Positions 9,635-18,251 of a stretch of DNA of 57,116 nucleotides are shown piece by piece. A program made the position numbers and the translations under genes. Under the pieces are notes generated by a model, which searched no databases, was not told where the DNA came from, and was given only the letters and a program-made list of their open reading frames with translations. Positions within the stretch are counted from its first letter, which is position 1, and the number at the start of each line of letters is the position of its first letter. This stretch comes from an uncultured Thermococci archaeon (GTDB taxonomy: Archaea > CAYQAE01 > CAYVLA01). The stretch spans positions 1-57,116 of the forward strand of contig CAZJVP010000057.1 of assembly GCA_964549615.1 (NCBI GenBank), given 5' to 3'.

Positions 9635-10960
9635 TTGATAATCCGCGACCCGGTCCATGGAGATGTGGAGTTCACCGACGCTGAGAAATCTATTCTGGAC
9701 TCGCGCGAGTTACAGAGGTTAAGGGGCATAAAGCAGCTCGGCACGGCGTACCTGGTCTACCCCGGGGCCTTGCACACAAGGTTCGACCACTCCATCGGGA
9801 CGATGGCAACCGCGAAGAGGATGATCGCCTCGCTGAGATCCAGGGGGTACGAGATCAGCCGTGACGAGGAGGAGCTGGTCACGATATCATCCCTCGTCCA
9901 TGATGTGACCCATGTGCCATTTGGCCATACTTTCGAGGACGAACGCAAGATTCTTCCCGGCCACGAAAAGGGCGACCGGCTGGAGCGTCTCCTCTCGCGT
10001 GGTGAGCTCGCGGACGCGCTAAACGATCTGGGGATCTCAAGGGAGGTGAAGACCATTCTCCAAGCAAAGGAACCAATCGAAGCCAACCACCCGGATCCGT
10101 GGATGCCACAGATCGTGAAGGATGCAGTTTGCGCTGACCTCCTGGACTACCTTCGCCGCGACTCCTACTTCACCGGCCTCGCGCAGAACTACGACGACCG
10201 GGTCTTCCGGTACTTCATCATAGCAGACATCAGTGTTGGGGGCTCGTCAAGGAAGGTACTCGCCGTAGATCTGGGGAAGGAGGGCATGGTACGCCAGGAC
10301 GCCAAGTCCGAGGTGCTCCATCTCCTGCGCATGCGGTATTTCCTAACGGAGAGGGTATACTACCATCATGCCAAGCAGGCGTCGGGAGCCATGATATCCA
10401 AGGCACTGGAGATCTGCATCGCCAATGGTTTCGATCCCGAAAGCCTGCTTTGGATGAAGGACTGGACGTTGCTGGAAGCCCTCAGGGAGTTCGCCCCGTC
10501 TTCGAGGGCCGCGGGGCTGGTCCGGGGTGTTGAGGAAAGGAAACTCTTCAAGAGGGCCTACGTGCTGGGATCCGACATCGGGGGCTCCAAGCGAAACGAG
10601 CTCATAGCCCAGTACAACCTCCCCAGAGCCGAGAGGGAAAAGACGGAATCGAAGATCATCTCCCGCCTTAACGAGCAAGGAGTCCGGGCAGAGGAGGGGG
10701 ACGTCATCATACACTGCCCGGACCTCGGCACCATGAAAGAGGCTAAGGTCTTTGCGAGGGACGAGGAGGGCATGGTGGAGAAGCTTGACAGGCATAGGAG
10801 GTCCCTTTCTCGCGACCTGGACGCCATCGAGGGACAATACCTAGCGATATGGAACTTCTTCGTCTTTTCAGAACCCAGGCTGGCAAGAGCCGTTAACGAG
10901 GTTTGCAGGGAGATCTTCCCTTCCGAGAGGGTGGGCTATGCCCCCAAGGAATACACTTGA
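9635..10960 (+). CDS. HD-domain phosphohydrolase, SAMHD1/dNTP triphosphohydrolase-like
   Basis: IRDPVHG, LQRLRGIKQLG, YPGALHTRFDHSIG, HDVTHVPFGHTFE, ADLLDYLRRD, VYYHH. Confidence 0.92.
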   Translation: MIIRDPVHGDVEFTDAEKSILDSRELQRLRGIKQLGTAYLVYPGALHTRFDHSIGTMATAKRMIASLRSRGYEISRDEEELVTISSLVHDVTHVPFGHTFEDERKILPGHEKGDRLERLLSRGELADALNDLGISREVKTILQAKEPIEANHPDPWMPQIVKDAVCADLLDYLRRDSYFTGLAQNYDDRVFRYFIIADISVGGSSRKVLAVDLGKEGMVRQDAKSEVLHLLRMRYFLTERVYYHHAKQASGAMISKALEICIANGFDPESLLWMKDWTLLEALREFAPSSRAAGLVRGVEERKLFKRAYVLGSDIGGSKRNELIAQYNLPRAEREKTESKIISRLNEQGVRAEEGDVIIHCPDLGTMKEAKVFARDEEGMVEKLDRHRRSLSRDLDAIEGQYLAIWNFFVFSEPRLARAVNEVCREIFPSERVGYAPKEYT

Positions 10961-12113
10961 ACGCCTGGCATGGTTCTCGGCCATCGCGACGGCGATCACC
11001 GGGCCCGTTATCAGCGCTCCGAGCATGGACGGCCAGGGTTTCCTATGCGTGAACGGCACCCCGTACATCCCGGTGGGGGTTTTCGACATCAACAGCCGGG
11101 AAGACGCGGTGGCAGCGAGGTCCGCCAACCTCAACGTGGCAGAGAGCATGCTCGACGGCATATTCGGATGGTCTAGGGAGGCCGGACTCAACTGCCTCTA
11201 CTGGATGAACGCCCGAATGAAGAGCGATGAGGAGATCCTCCGCATCGTCGAGGCACACAAGCACGATCCTCTGAACATCGCCTGGTACACGTTCGATGAG
11301 CCCAACGAGGTGGGCGTGCCTGCCTCTCGGTGCGAACAAGTCTACCGACTTATAAAGTCCGTCGATCCAGAGAGGCCGGTCGTGCTAACGGTTTCGCCCG
11401 CATACTGGTATCACCCATGGGCCTACTCGGAGTATGCGTCTTCGTGCGACATCATCGCGACGGACCCCTACCCGGTCGAGATCGGGCACGGAATCAAGCT
11501 CGACTACGTCTCAGAGTGCGTTGAAAGGGCTCGCAAGGACTCCGGCAAGCCGGTCTGGGCCGTTCTCCAGGCCTTTCCATGGCCGGGGAAACGCCTCCCC
11601 ACGGCTCAGGAACTGCGATGCATGACCTATCAGGCACTAGTTCATGGGGCCAGCGGGCTGCTCTACTACACCTTCCAAGTCAGGGCTTGGAACTACACCC
11701 TGGTCACGACGCCGCTGTGGAGCGAGATAGCGCGTCTGGCTGAGGAGACTAGGCAGTTGGCGCCCATCCTAGTCAGGCCCGGGCCCGAACCTTCAAGGAT
11801 ATCGACCGTCCACCTTCTCGAAAGGCGCCTCAACGATACCGTGTATCTGATCGCCGTCAACGTTGGAACCGACCCTGCCGTGCTCGAGCTGGCAATTCCC
11901 GGTTCCCGGGGCGAGGTCGACGTGATGTTCGAGGGGCGGGAAATGAGGTTGGAGAACGGGCTTCTGAGGGATGAGCTCGGTCCGTACGCGGTTCGATGCT
12001 ACCGCGTGCCTGATACCCTTCATCTCTCCGCAGCCTGGCTGGCCGGAGGATGCGTCCTAGGGCGCAGCTTGAACGTGAAGAAATCCAAGAAGCTCCGTGG
12101 AAGCCATCGCTGA
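10938..12113 (+). CDS. Secreted glycoside-hydrolase-like protein (clan GH-A-like TIM barrel) with C-terminal hydrophobic tail
   Basis: Signal-like N-terminus; VNGTPYIPVG, AWYTFDEPNE, DIIATDPYP, KPVWAVLQAF, ELRCMTYQALVHGASGLLYY. Confidence 0.7.
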   Translation: MPPRNTLERLAWFSAIATAITGPVISAPSMDGQGFLCVNGTPYIPVGVFDINSREDAVAARSANLNVAESMLDGIFGWSREAGLNCLYWMNARMKSDEEILRIVEAHKHDPLNIAWYTFDEPNEVGVPASRCEQVYRLIKSVDPERPVVLTVSPAYWYHPWAYSEYASSCDIIATDPYPVEIGHGIKLDYVSECVERARKDSGKPVWAVLQAFPWPGKRLPTAQELRCMTYQALVHGASGLLYYTFQVRAWNYTLVTTPLWSEIARLAEETRQLAPILVRPGPEPSRISTVHLLERRLNDTVYLIAVNVGTDPAVLELAIPGSRGEVDVMFEGREMRLENGLLRDELGPYAVRCYRVPDTLHLSAAWLAGGCVLGRSLNVKKSKKLRGSHR

Positions 12114-12229
12114 AGCGAGGTGGTTGGGGCGTGCATCCTCCATGGGTCCGGAAAACTGGGTGGACCGGGCCCTGGTCAGAGACAGCCGAAAGGGACGTCT
12201 TGCGTTTTTCCTCATAACTTCGGTGCAAT

Positions 12230-14698
12230 TTGGGCAAGGATTATCAAAACGTGCCTCCCACGAAGCATGGGATGAGCTTCTTCGAAAGCCTCGCCTGGGC
12301 ATACGTCGCTTTCGTCCCATCGGCCGTGCCGATCTCGTACGCGGCGTGGCCCAAAACCCGGGCAGGGTACAGGGCCATCTCGTCGATGGCCCTCGCGGCG
12401 ATCCTTGTCGTGTTCAACGCGTTCTGGCTCGCAACCACGCAATCGGGGATTACCCTCGGCGGCCTGCTCCTCTGCTCAGGCATCTGGCTCATCCTCGGAG
12501 TCGTCATCTACCTTGCAGGTGTCGGGAAGTTGAGCATCTTTCGGCCCGGCCGACGCATGGCACCGCCGGCTATTGCCAGGAGCGAGACGAAAAAGTACGT
12601 CCTCGTTTCCTCGGCCGTACTCTTCGCGATCGGCTTGCTGCTCATCCCCGTCGTCTGGGACCTCTCCAGCAACCTACTCTGGCGATACAGGGCCTACATG
12701 GCCGCCCTTGCAGGGGTTGCGATCCTGGGCGTTTACACCAGGAAGAAGGCAAAGACGGTACTTCTCGGGCTTTTCTTGATCTTCTCCGTTTCCTTGGCGA
12801 ACCTGCTCCTGGGACTCTATCCGACAGGAATGCCCCTACTGCACGCGGAGTCCTTCGTTACCGAGGCCGTCACGGCCAAAATGCCTTTCGCAGACACCGC
12901 AGGGCTCAAGTTCGCATCCGCATTGATCTCCCGAATCGCCGTGATTTCGGATACAGTCGTCATGGGCGTGGCTGTCGTTCTGGTTGGCGTCTCAGGGGTC
13001 GTGCTTACCAACGCCTTGCTGAGTAGGCCCTCCGGAAGGACCATCATTTCCTTGATCTTGGTCCTAGTCCTTCTCGTGCCCGGGATCCTGATCCCCCACG
13101 TCTACACGATCGGAGTGGGATCATTGGAATTCGGTGCGAACCTGGGAATTGGCGCTTCGGAGGCCAACTATCTTGTGGACTTGGTGCAGAAGGGCGAGAT
13201 CAGCAACGCAACTTTGTCCGAGGCTACGCTGCATCTGCGGTCCGCGGGCGACCGGTTTCTCAGAAGCGAAAGGCTGTTGGCCGGCCTGGAAAGGCTAAGG
13301 CTCTTCCAGCTCGTTGGATTCCTTCCGATCGTCGGTGAATATTCCGGCGCTGCCAGGAGCATCGCCTGGGCGCTGCCCAACGCCGCTATCGGCCTGCAGA
13401 CCTGCGCCCTAGGAGCCGTAACGATATTGGATGGAATCCTGTGCATCTTCGGTAGCCGCGGGAGCGTCAGAATCGACTCGTTCGACGTGGTGGGCCGGAG
13501 GCTCATGAATGAGGACCTAGACGCAGATCTCGTCAGGCAGGGGATCCTTCGCATCGACTCGGCGTTTCTCCAAGTCATGGAAGGATTCCCCCGCATCCGA
13601 TCATCGCTAGGCAATCTCTCCCAAGTCCAACCACAAATCTTCGAGGAGAAGTTCCCGGGCGTTTCAAGCGACCTGCGGACGGTTTTGGCGAGCGCCGCCG
13701 AGCTTGCGGACGGAATGGATGCCATGGAAGTCTTCCTTCGACATGCCAACAACGGCCGCGCACCCGCAACGAGCTTTCTCTTCGCATCCTATGCGTTGGC
13801 GCGCCTGGCGCCGCGCTTCACCGACATCAGACGACCCGAGCAGCTGCCCGACATGCGCGACGTGGTCTTGAACCTCTCGGACGTCAGCGCGGCCCTAGGC
13901 GATCCCGCCATCCGCCGACTTCGCAACCAGGGCGGCGATGTGGGAAACAGTCTATCCTTTCTGTCAGACACCGTTGATCTCACCCAGCAAATGGCTGGCT
14001 TGGGCGATCACGCGAAACGGATCGCCGTGGACATAGAAAGCATCCGTGCGAGGTTCGGGGCGAGTTCTATACAGAACTTGACCGAGATCCAACTTGAGGA
14101 GTGGGAAAGGGCGGTAGAAGCCCTGATCGACGACGCCGACGACCTGGCTCAGAGGACGAAGATGATCGAAGAGGGCATCCAGCTCATGATGGTGAAGACG
14201 GCCAACAAGCAGTACGGATATGCGAATGACCTTGCCGCATCAAGCGTCGGGCTCTTGGAGGGCGCCATGGACCTTCTAGGTGGGCTGGAACGGCTCTCCG
14301 AGTTGTCCCTTGGCCTGAATTCATTGGTCGATGCAGCGAGAAGCTTCAGGGACTTCCATTACCAGCTTGAAAGGCTTCAGAGGCAGGTTGAACTCGGGAA
14401 TTGGGGCATCGTTGAGCTGACCTTGGACCAAGCACTGGGAGCGCTGAGGAGCGGCAAGATGCAAACCGAGAATTCGCTTGCAGCGCTTGGGTGGGTTGCG
14501 GAGAAGATCGAGCTGCCCTTCGACACAGGGTACGTCGAACGAGCGCTCGACGCCGCTGCGTCCTTGGAGCTCAAGCTCGTCGCGTTGGAGGGTTTGCTTG
14601 CGGCGCAGGACCAAGAAGCGGCCATGGGGATGATCTCGGATATCCGCAGTGACTTCGCCCAGCTTTCCGAGGAGCTCAAGCTCAAGCAATCTACGTGA
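12230..14698 (+). CDS. Large membrane protein: multi-TM N-terminus plus long alpha-helical/coiled-coil domain
   Basis: Roughly 8 hydrophobic segments in the first ~310 aa, then ~500 aa rich in Leu/Ala/Glu heptad-like patterns; TTG start. Confidence 0.8.
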   Translation: MGKDYQNVPPTKHGMSFFESLAWAYVAFVPSAVPISYAAWPKTRAGYRAISSMALAAILVVFNAFWLATTQSGITLGGLLLCSGIWLILGVVIYLAGVGKLSIFRPGRRMAPPAIARSETKKYVLVSSAVLFAIGLLLIPVVWDLSSNLLWRYRAYMAALAGVAILGVYTRKKAKTVLLGLFLIFSVSLANLLLGLYPTGMPLLHAESFVTEAVTAKMPFADTAGLKFASALISRIAVISDTVVMGVAVVLVGVSGVVLTNALLSRPSGRTIISLILVLVLLVPGILIPHVYTIGVGSLEFGANLGIGASEANYLVDLVQKGEISNATLSEATLHLRSAGDRFLRSERLLAGLERLRLFQLVGFLPIVGEYSGAARSIAWALPNAAIGLQTCALGAVTILDGILCIFGSRGSVRIDSFDVVGRRLMNEDLDADLVRQGILRIDSAFLQVMEGFPRIRSSLGNLSQVQPQIFEEKFPGVSSDLRTVLASAAELADGMDAMEVFLRHANNGRAPATSFLFASYALARLAPRFTDIRRPEQLPDMRDVVLNLSDVSAALGDPAIRRLRNQGGDVGNSLSFLSDTVDLTQQMAGLGDHAKRIAVDIESIRARFGASSIQNLTEIQLEEWERAVEALIDDADDLAQRTKMIEEGIQLMMVKTANKQYGYANDLAASSVGLLEGAMDLLGGLERLSELSLGLNSLVDAARSFRDFHYQLERLQRQVELGNWGIVELTLDQALGALRSGKMQTENSLAALGWVAEKIELPFDTGYVERALDAAASLELKLVALEGLLAAQDQEAAMGMISDIRSDFAQLSEELKLKQST

Positions 14699-15368
14699 CG
14701 TCCGCTCGGTCGGAGTAGCCACGGCTATCCCAGTAGCCCCGATGATCCTCGTTCCCGCTGATGTCGATTCGGGTGACCCACTTGTATCCCCACCTGCCTT
14801 CGGCCACGGGCCCCACCGGGAAACCCTCCTCCCGAGGCAGGTAATCTCCGTTCGCCATGTAGGCGAGCACCTTCGCATCTGACGACTGTAGCTCTTCGAT
14901 CGGAAATGAGCTTGTATACTCGCTGGCTGCGTGGAGTATCACCCTTTTTGCAGCCGCCTTCGGCTTAACCTGCGCTAGGAGATCCCTAACGGCGAGCCCC
15001 CTCCAACTCGCCGACCAACTCCATCCCTCCACACAGTACATGACGTTTTGCCTTTCCACATATGGATGCCCCAGGATTTTCCTGAAAGACATGCTCATTG
15101 GATTTTGAGCGAGTCCGTCCATCGTCAGAACATATTCCTCAGCATCGACGACCTGTGTTCCCCTGATGCTGCTTGTGCGACCGAGGTAGATCACACCGGG
15201 CCCTAGCAGGGGTCCATTCCAAGCACCGGGATCGACCCGATCCAGCGACAGGCTGTCGGGCGGCCTTTGCCTTCCCTGGCCTGACAGAAAAACTAACGCT
15301 AGCGCCGCCGCCACCAAGCCCAGGAGAATCCCGAAGACGACCGGCGCACGCCGCATAATTAGGCTCAT
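14691..15368 (-). CDS. Membrane-anchored molybdopterin-dependent oxidoreductase domain protein (sulfite oxidase/MsrP family)
   Basis: N-terminal TM; YCVEGWS...WRGLAVRDLL, YTSS, LAYMANG..LP...GFP, GYKW, GYW..RGYS. Confidence 0.8.
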   Translation of the reverse strand: MSLIMRRAPVVFGILLGLVAAALALVFLSGQGRQRPPDSLSLDRVDPGAWNGPLLGPGVIYLGRTSSIRGTQVVDAEEYVLTMDGLAQNPMSMSFRKILGHPYVERQNVMYCVEGWSWSASWRGLAVRDLLAQVKPKAAAKRVILHAASEYTSSFPIEELQSSDAKVLAYMANGDYLPREEGFPVGPVAEGRWGYKWVTRIDISGNEDHRGYWDSRGYSDRADVT

Positions 15369-15442
15369 GGGGCCTGTCCGACATCGCGGCTGATAACCTA
15401 CTCAATCGCCAATCTCTTTGACATTCTCCGAGACGCCGCGGT

Positions 15443-16102
15443 CTACTTGGCCTCTCTGTCCCCATTCCGCTTCTCGTTCTCTTCTTTCTTGCTTCCGGCC
15501 GCCTCCACTCGCTCCCGGGCTTTCAACCCCGCAAGCCAGCTGTTGACGTAATCTCGGGGCTGGAACGGACACGTGACTATGACCCTGATATCGCTGGGAA
15601 GCTCAATCCTTCTAGACAGATCCATGAAAAGGGCTCCCACTTCCCCGTCCTTGAGCGACTCATCCACCTTCCTTCCGACGAACTCGTCACGTTCCCGCAG
15701 GCTCTCCTCCATCAGCTCGGCAATCGTCCGGACGCCAGACATGTCTTGGCCGAGGCTCCCGGAAAGCGCGTCTTGCATCCTCTGCATCCATGACATCGTC
15801 TCGAGCACTAGCTCCGGACTCTCCACCTCCACCAGCTCGGCGCCGTTGTCCAGCAGCTTCTTGACGACCTTGTGCTGCGCAGGATCCGCGATGGCGAGCA
15901 TGTCCAAGTGCCGCTTGCCCACGACCCCGATGGATTCCATGTAGACCTTCTTGATCTTCGTCCCAAGCGCCGACAGCCTCAAGTCCACGTAGGTCCAGAA
16001 CTCCCTCGCCTTCTCGTCATAGTCGTCGGGAAGCCTGGGATCGATCCGGGAAAGATCCTCCCTGGTGAACATCTTCGGAATGCGGAGCAGCGTCCTTGCC
16101 AT
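15443..16102 (-). CDS. Hypothetical protein
   Basis: 219-aa ORF with normal composition, co-oriented just downstream of the helicase. Confidence 0.7.
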   Translation of the reverse strand: MARTLLRIPKMFTREDLSRIDPRLPDDYDEKAREFWTYVDLRLSALGTKIKKVYMESIGVVGKRHLDMLAIADPAQHKVVKKLLDNGAELVEVESPELVLETMSWMQRMQDALSGSLGQDMSGVRTIAELMEESLRERDEFVGRKVDESLKDGEVGALFMDLSRRIELPSDIRVIVTCPFQPRDYVNSWLAGLKARERVEAAGSKKEENEKRNGDREAK

Positions 16103-16141
16103 CCTGACCCGTTTTCAGACTACCCCCGTTTGGGATAAAAA

Positions 16142-18136
16142 TCAAACCGTGGCTCGCTCAGACGATCCCTTCAATGACCAGAACTGTTCCGTGCGGAGAA
16201 TGAGGTCTTCCGTCCCTCTGAGCCTGATGCCCTCCTCCTTCCACCAACTTGGCGCGCTCGCCAGGTAGTATCTGCAGAACCTGCGGTCAAAAACGTACAG
16301 GGCAGCCTTGTCCTCGCTGCTCCGATGCGCCCTTCCGGCCGACTGGACTATCCTGGTCACGGCAGGAAGGTAGTAGAAGTAGTCCCGGCCCTTCCCCGGG
16401 AACTTCGCGTTGTAGTAGTCCATGCCAAGTCTGATCATGTCGGAGATCCGATCAAGAGGCAGCCCGAAGATTGCGATCGCTTTCACCAAGCCCGGAAGAT
16501 CCAAGCCCTCGCTCAGTGATGCACCCATGACGGCAAATACGCTGCGCTTCGATTCAAGCGCAGACACAACCTCCTCCCTCCTGGTCGAGGCCCTCCTTTC
16601 CACCAAGAAATCCTCCGCCTGGCACAGACCTCGCACCTCGTTCATCACCTCGTACGATGGGAAGAAGAACATGCACCCCCCGGGCGTATGCGCCTTGATG
16701 ACGGCGACCTTCTCCACTATCAAGCGGTACATGTCTTGGGTCCTAGCCTTCCAGGCAAGCGAGATCGTGTCGTCGAGGAAAAGGGCGCGGTTCTCCCGCG
16801 GGAAGATGTTTGGGAACTCCCTGTGGGGCGCTGAAGGGATGCCCAGAATGTCCTTGTAGTACTCACCGGGCACCAAGGTGCCCGACATCAAAACCGAGCA
16901 TCTAGCCGCCGTCGGCTGCCTCGGATCGAGAACGGCTGCAGATAAGGGCGCTGGATCGAGACACCTTATCTCTAGCCTCTTCACCGACCTCCCCCTGGGC
17001 GTGCGGGAGAGAACGCAGAACCGTTCGAAGGCTCGATCGCTACAGAGGAGGAACGGGCGAATGAATGAGCCTGCGGTCGCAAGGCTTGAGATAGGGGGCT
17101 GGCCTTCCGCTATCTTGGATTCTAAGATCAGTTCGCCTGCCGATTCGAGGCTCTCAACGGAACCCTCCAGCGAGCCCATCCCCAATCTTCCGAAAAAAGC
17201 CCTGACGAGACCGTAGGGAAGGTGCTTGCCATCCGGCGTGAACTTGAAGCGATCAAAAATGCCCATGATCGCAAGCAGGAACTCCTCTATCCCCCTCCCG
17301 GACATGCCGGCCTTCTCCAACTCGTTCGAGTACCTCTTTAGCTCGTCGATCGCATGCTCAACCCTACCTTCGGAGATGCCGTGCGACATGGCTTCGCGGC
17401 AAAACCGAGGAAGGTTGTGAGCCTCGTCGCATATCAGGACGCATCTACCCATCGTTAGGGAAAGTGACCTCAGAAGGCTCTGCGAGACGAGTGGATGAAA
17501 GGAGTACCAGAAGGTTCCGACGATCACCTCAGAACTCTTCGCGGCCGATTTTAGGACCTCGTATAGACAGAGCGGAGGGCTGCCGGAGTCTTCCTCGACC
17601 TGCTCGGCCATCCGCTCCAACATGTGGGGAGCCGGCATCTCCTCCAGGATCCTTCGCTCAAGCTCCAGCGCCGCCTGGGACTTCGTGAGGCGGCGAAATC
17701 CCTGCAGGTGGCGCGGGGCCGGGACCTCTTCGGCCCCTGCATATATGGCGTTATGACACGGGCAAGACCGGCTCTTCCTCCGGAGTTCGCAGGCCTCCAG
17801 GAGCTCGCGGTATCCGAGCTTCTTCAGGTCGGCGTCCCTGCACAGATCGCCCTTGCTTGCGAACGCAACCGCCCTGAAGTTGGTGCCGTTCGTTGCATTT
17901 ATCCCTCGAATTTCCTTGAGCACTATGGGGATCTGATTCTTCCTGTTCACCGCATAGAGGATCTTCCCGTCTTCGGGAAGGTTCGGCAGTGCAGCTAGGA
18001 GAGCTGCGAGAGTCTTTCCAATCCCCGTGGGCGCATGGGCAAGACAAACGCCGCCGGAGCATAAGACCTCGCTGAAGTATCGAACGAGGTCACCCTGTCC
18101 CTCGCGCAGAGGGTATGGACTCTCGAGCCCTAGCAA
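16142..18136 (-). CDS. xpd: XPD/Rad3/DinG-family Fe-S ATP-dependent DNA helicase
   Basis: Q motif PYPLREGQ, Walker A APTGIGKT, Fe-S cysteines (LC...AC...SCPC...LCLYE), DEAHNL, MSGTL, FFPSY, SEGLD, QSAGRAHRS. Confidence 0.9.
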   Translation of the reverse strand: MLGLESPYPLREGQGDLVRYFSEVLCSGGVCLAHAPTGIGKTLAALLAALPNLPEDGKILYAVNRKNQIPIVLKEIRGINATNGTNFRAVAFASKGDLCRDADLKKLGYRELLEACELRRKSRSCPCHNAIYAGAEEVPAPRHLQGFRRLTKSQAALELERRILEEMPAPHMLERMAEQVEEDSGSPPLCLYEVLKSAAKSSEVIVGTFWYSFHPLVSQSLLRSLSLTMGRCVLICDEAHNLPRFCREAMSHGISEGRVEHAIDELKRYSNELEKAGMSGRGIEEFLLAIMGIFDRFKFTPDGKHLPYGLVRAFFGRLGMGSLEGSVESLESAGELILESKIAEGQPPISSLATAGSFIRPFLLCSDRAFERFCVLSRTPRGRSVKRLEIRCLDPAPLSAAVLDPRQPTAARCSVLMSGTLVPGEYYKDILGIPSAPHREFPNIFPRENRALFLDDTISLAWKARTQDMYRLIVEKVAVIKAHTPGGCMFFFPSYEVMNEVRGLCQAEDFLVERRASTRREEVVSALESKRSVFAVMGASLSEGLDLPGLVKAIAIFGLPLDRISDMIRLGMDYYNAKFPGKGRDYFYYLPAVTRIVQSAGRAHRSSEDKAALYVFDRRFCRYYLASAPSWWKEEGIRLRGTEDLILRTEQFWSLKGSSERATV

Positions 18137-18251
18137 GATCGATCAGATCGGTCCGACGTCTTTGAAAGAAATGTCTCTCGTCTGCACAGCGGCCGAGCCC
18201 AAGCTGCCAAAGATTTTTGTAACCCCCCGTCGCGGGAGCGTCGGTGAAGCC

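Noticed and set aside
12097-13026. 309-aa Arg-rich ORF overlapping the large membrane protein
   Set aside because: Alternative-frame artefact with Arg/Pro/Gly-biased composition
18027-18251. N-terminal extension of the phosphodiesterase
   Set aside because: Overlaps the divergent helicase start; family similarity begins at KLVLIGLDA, with an SD-like GGTGA before GTG 18252
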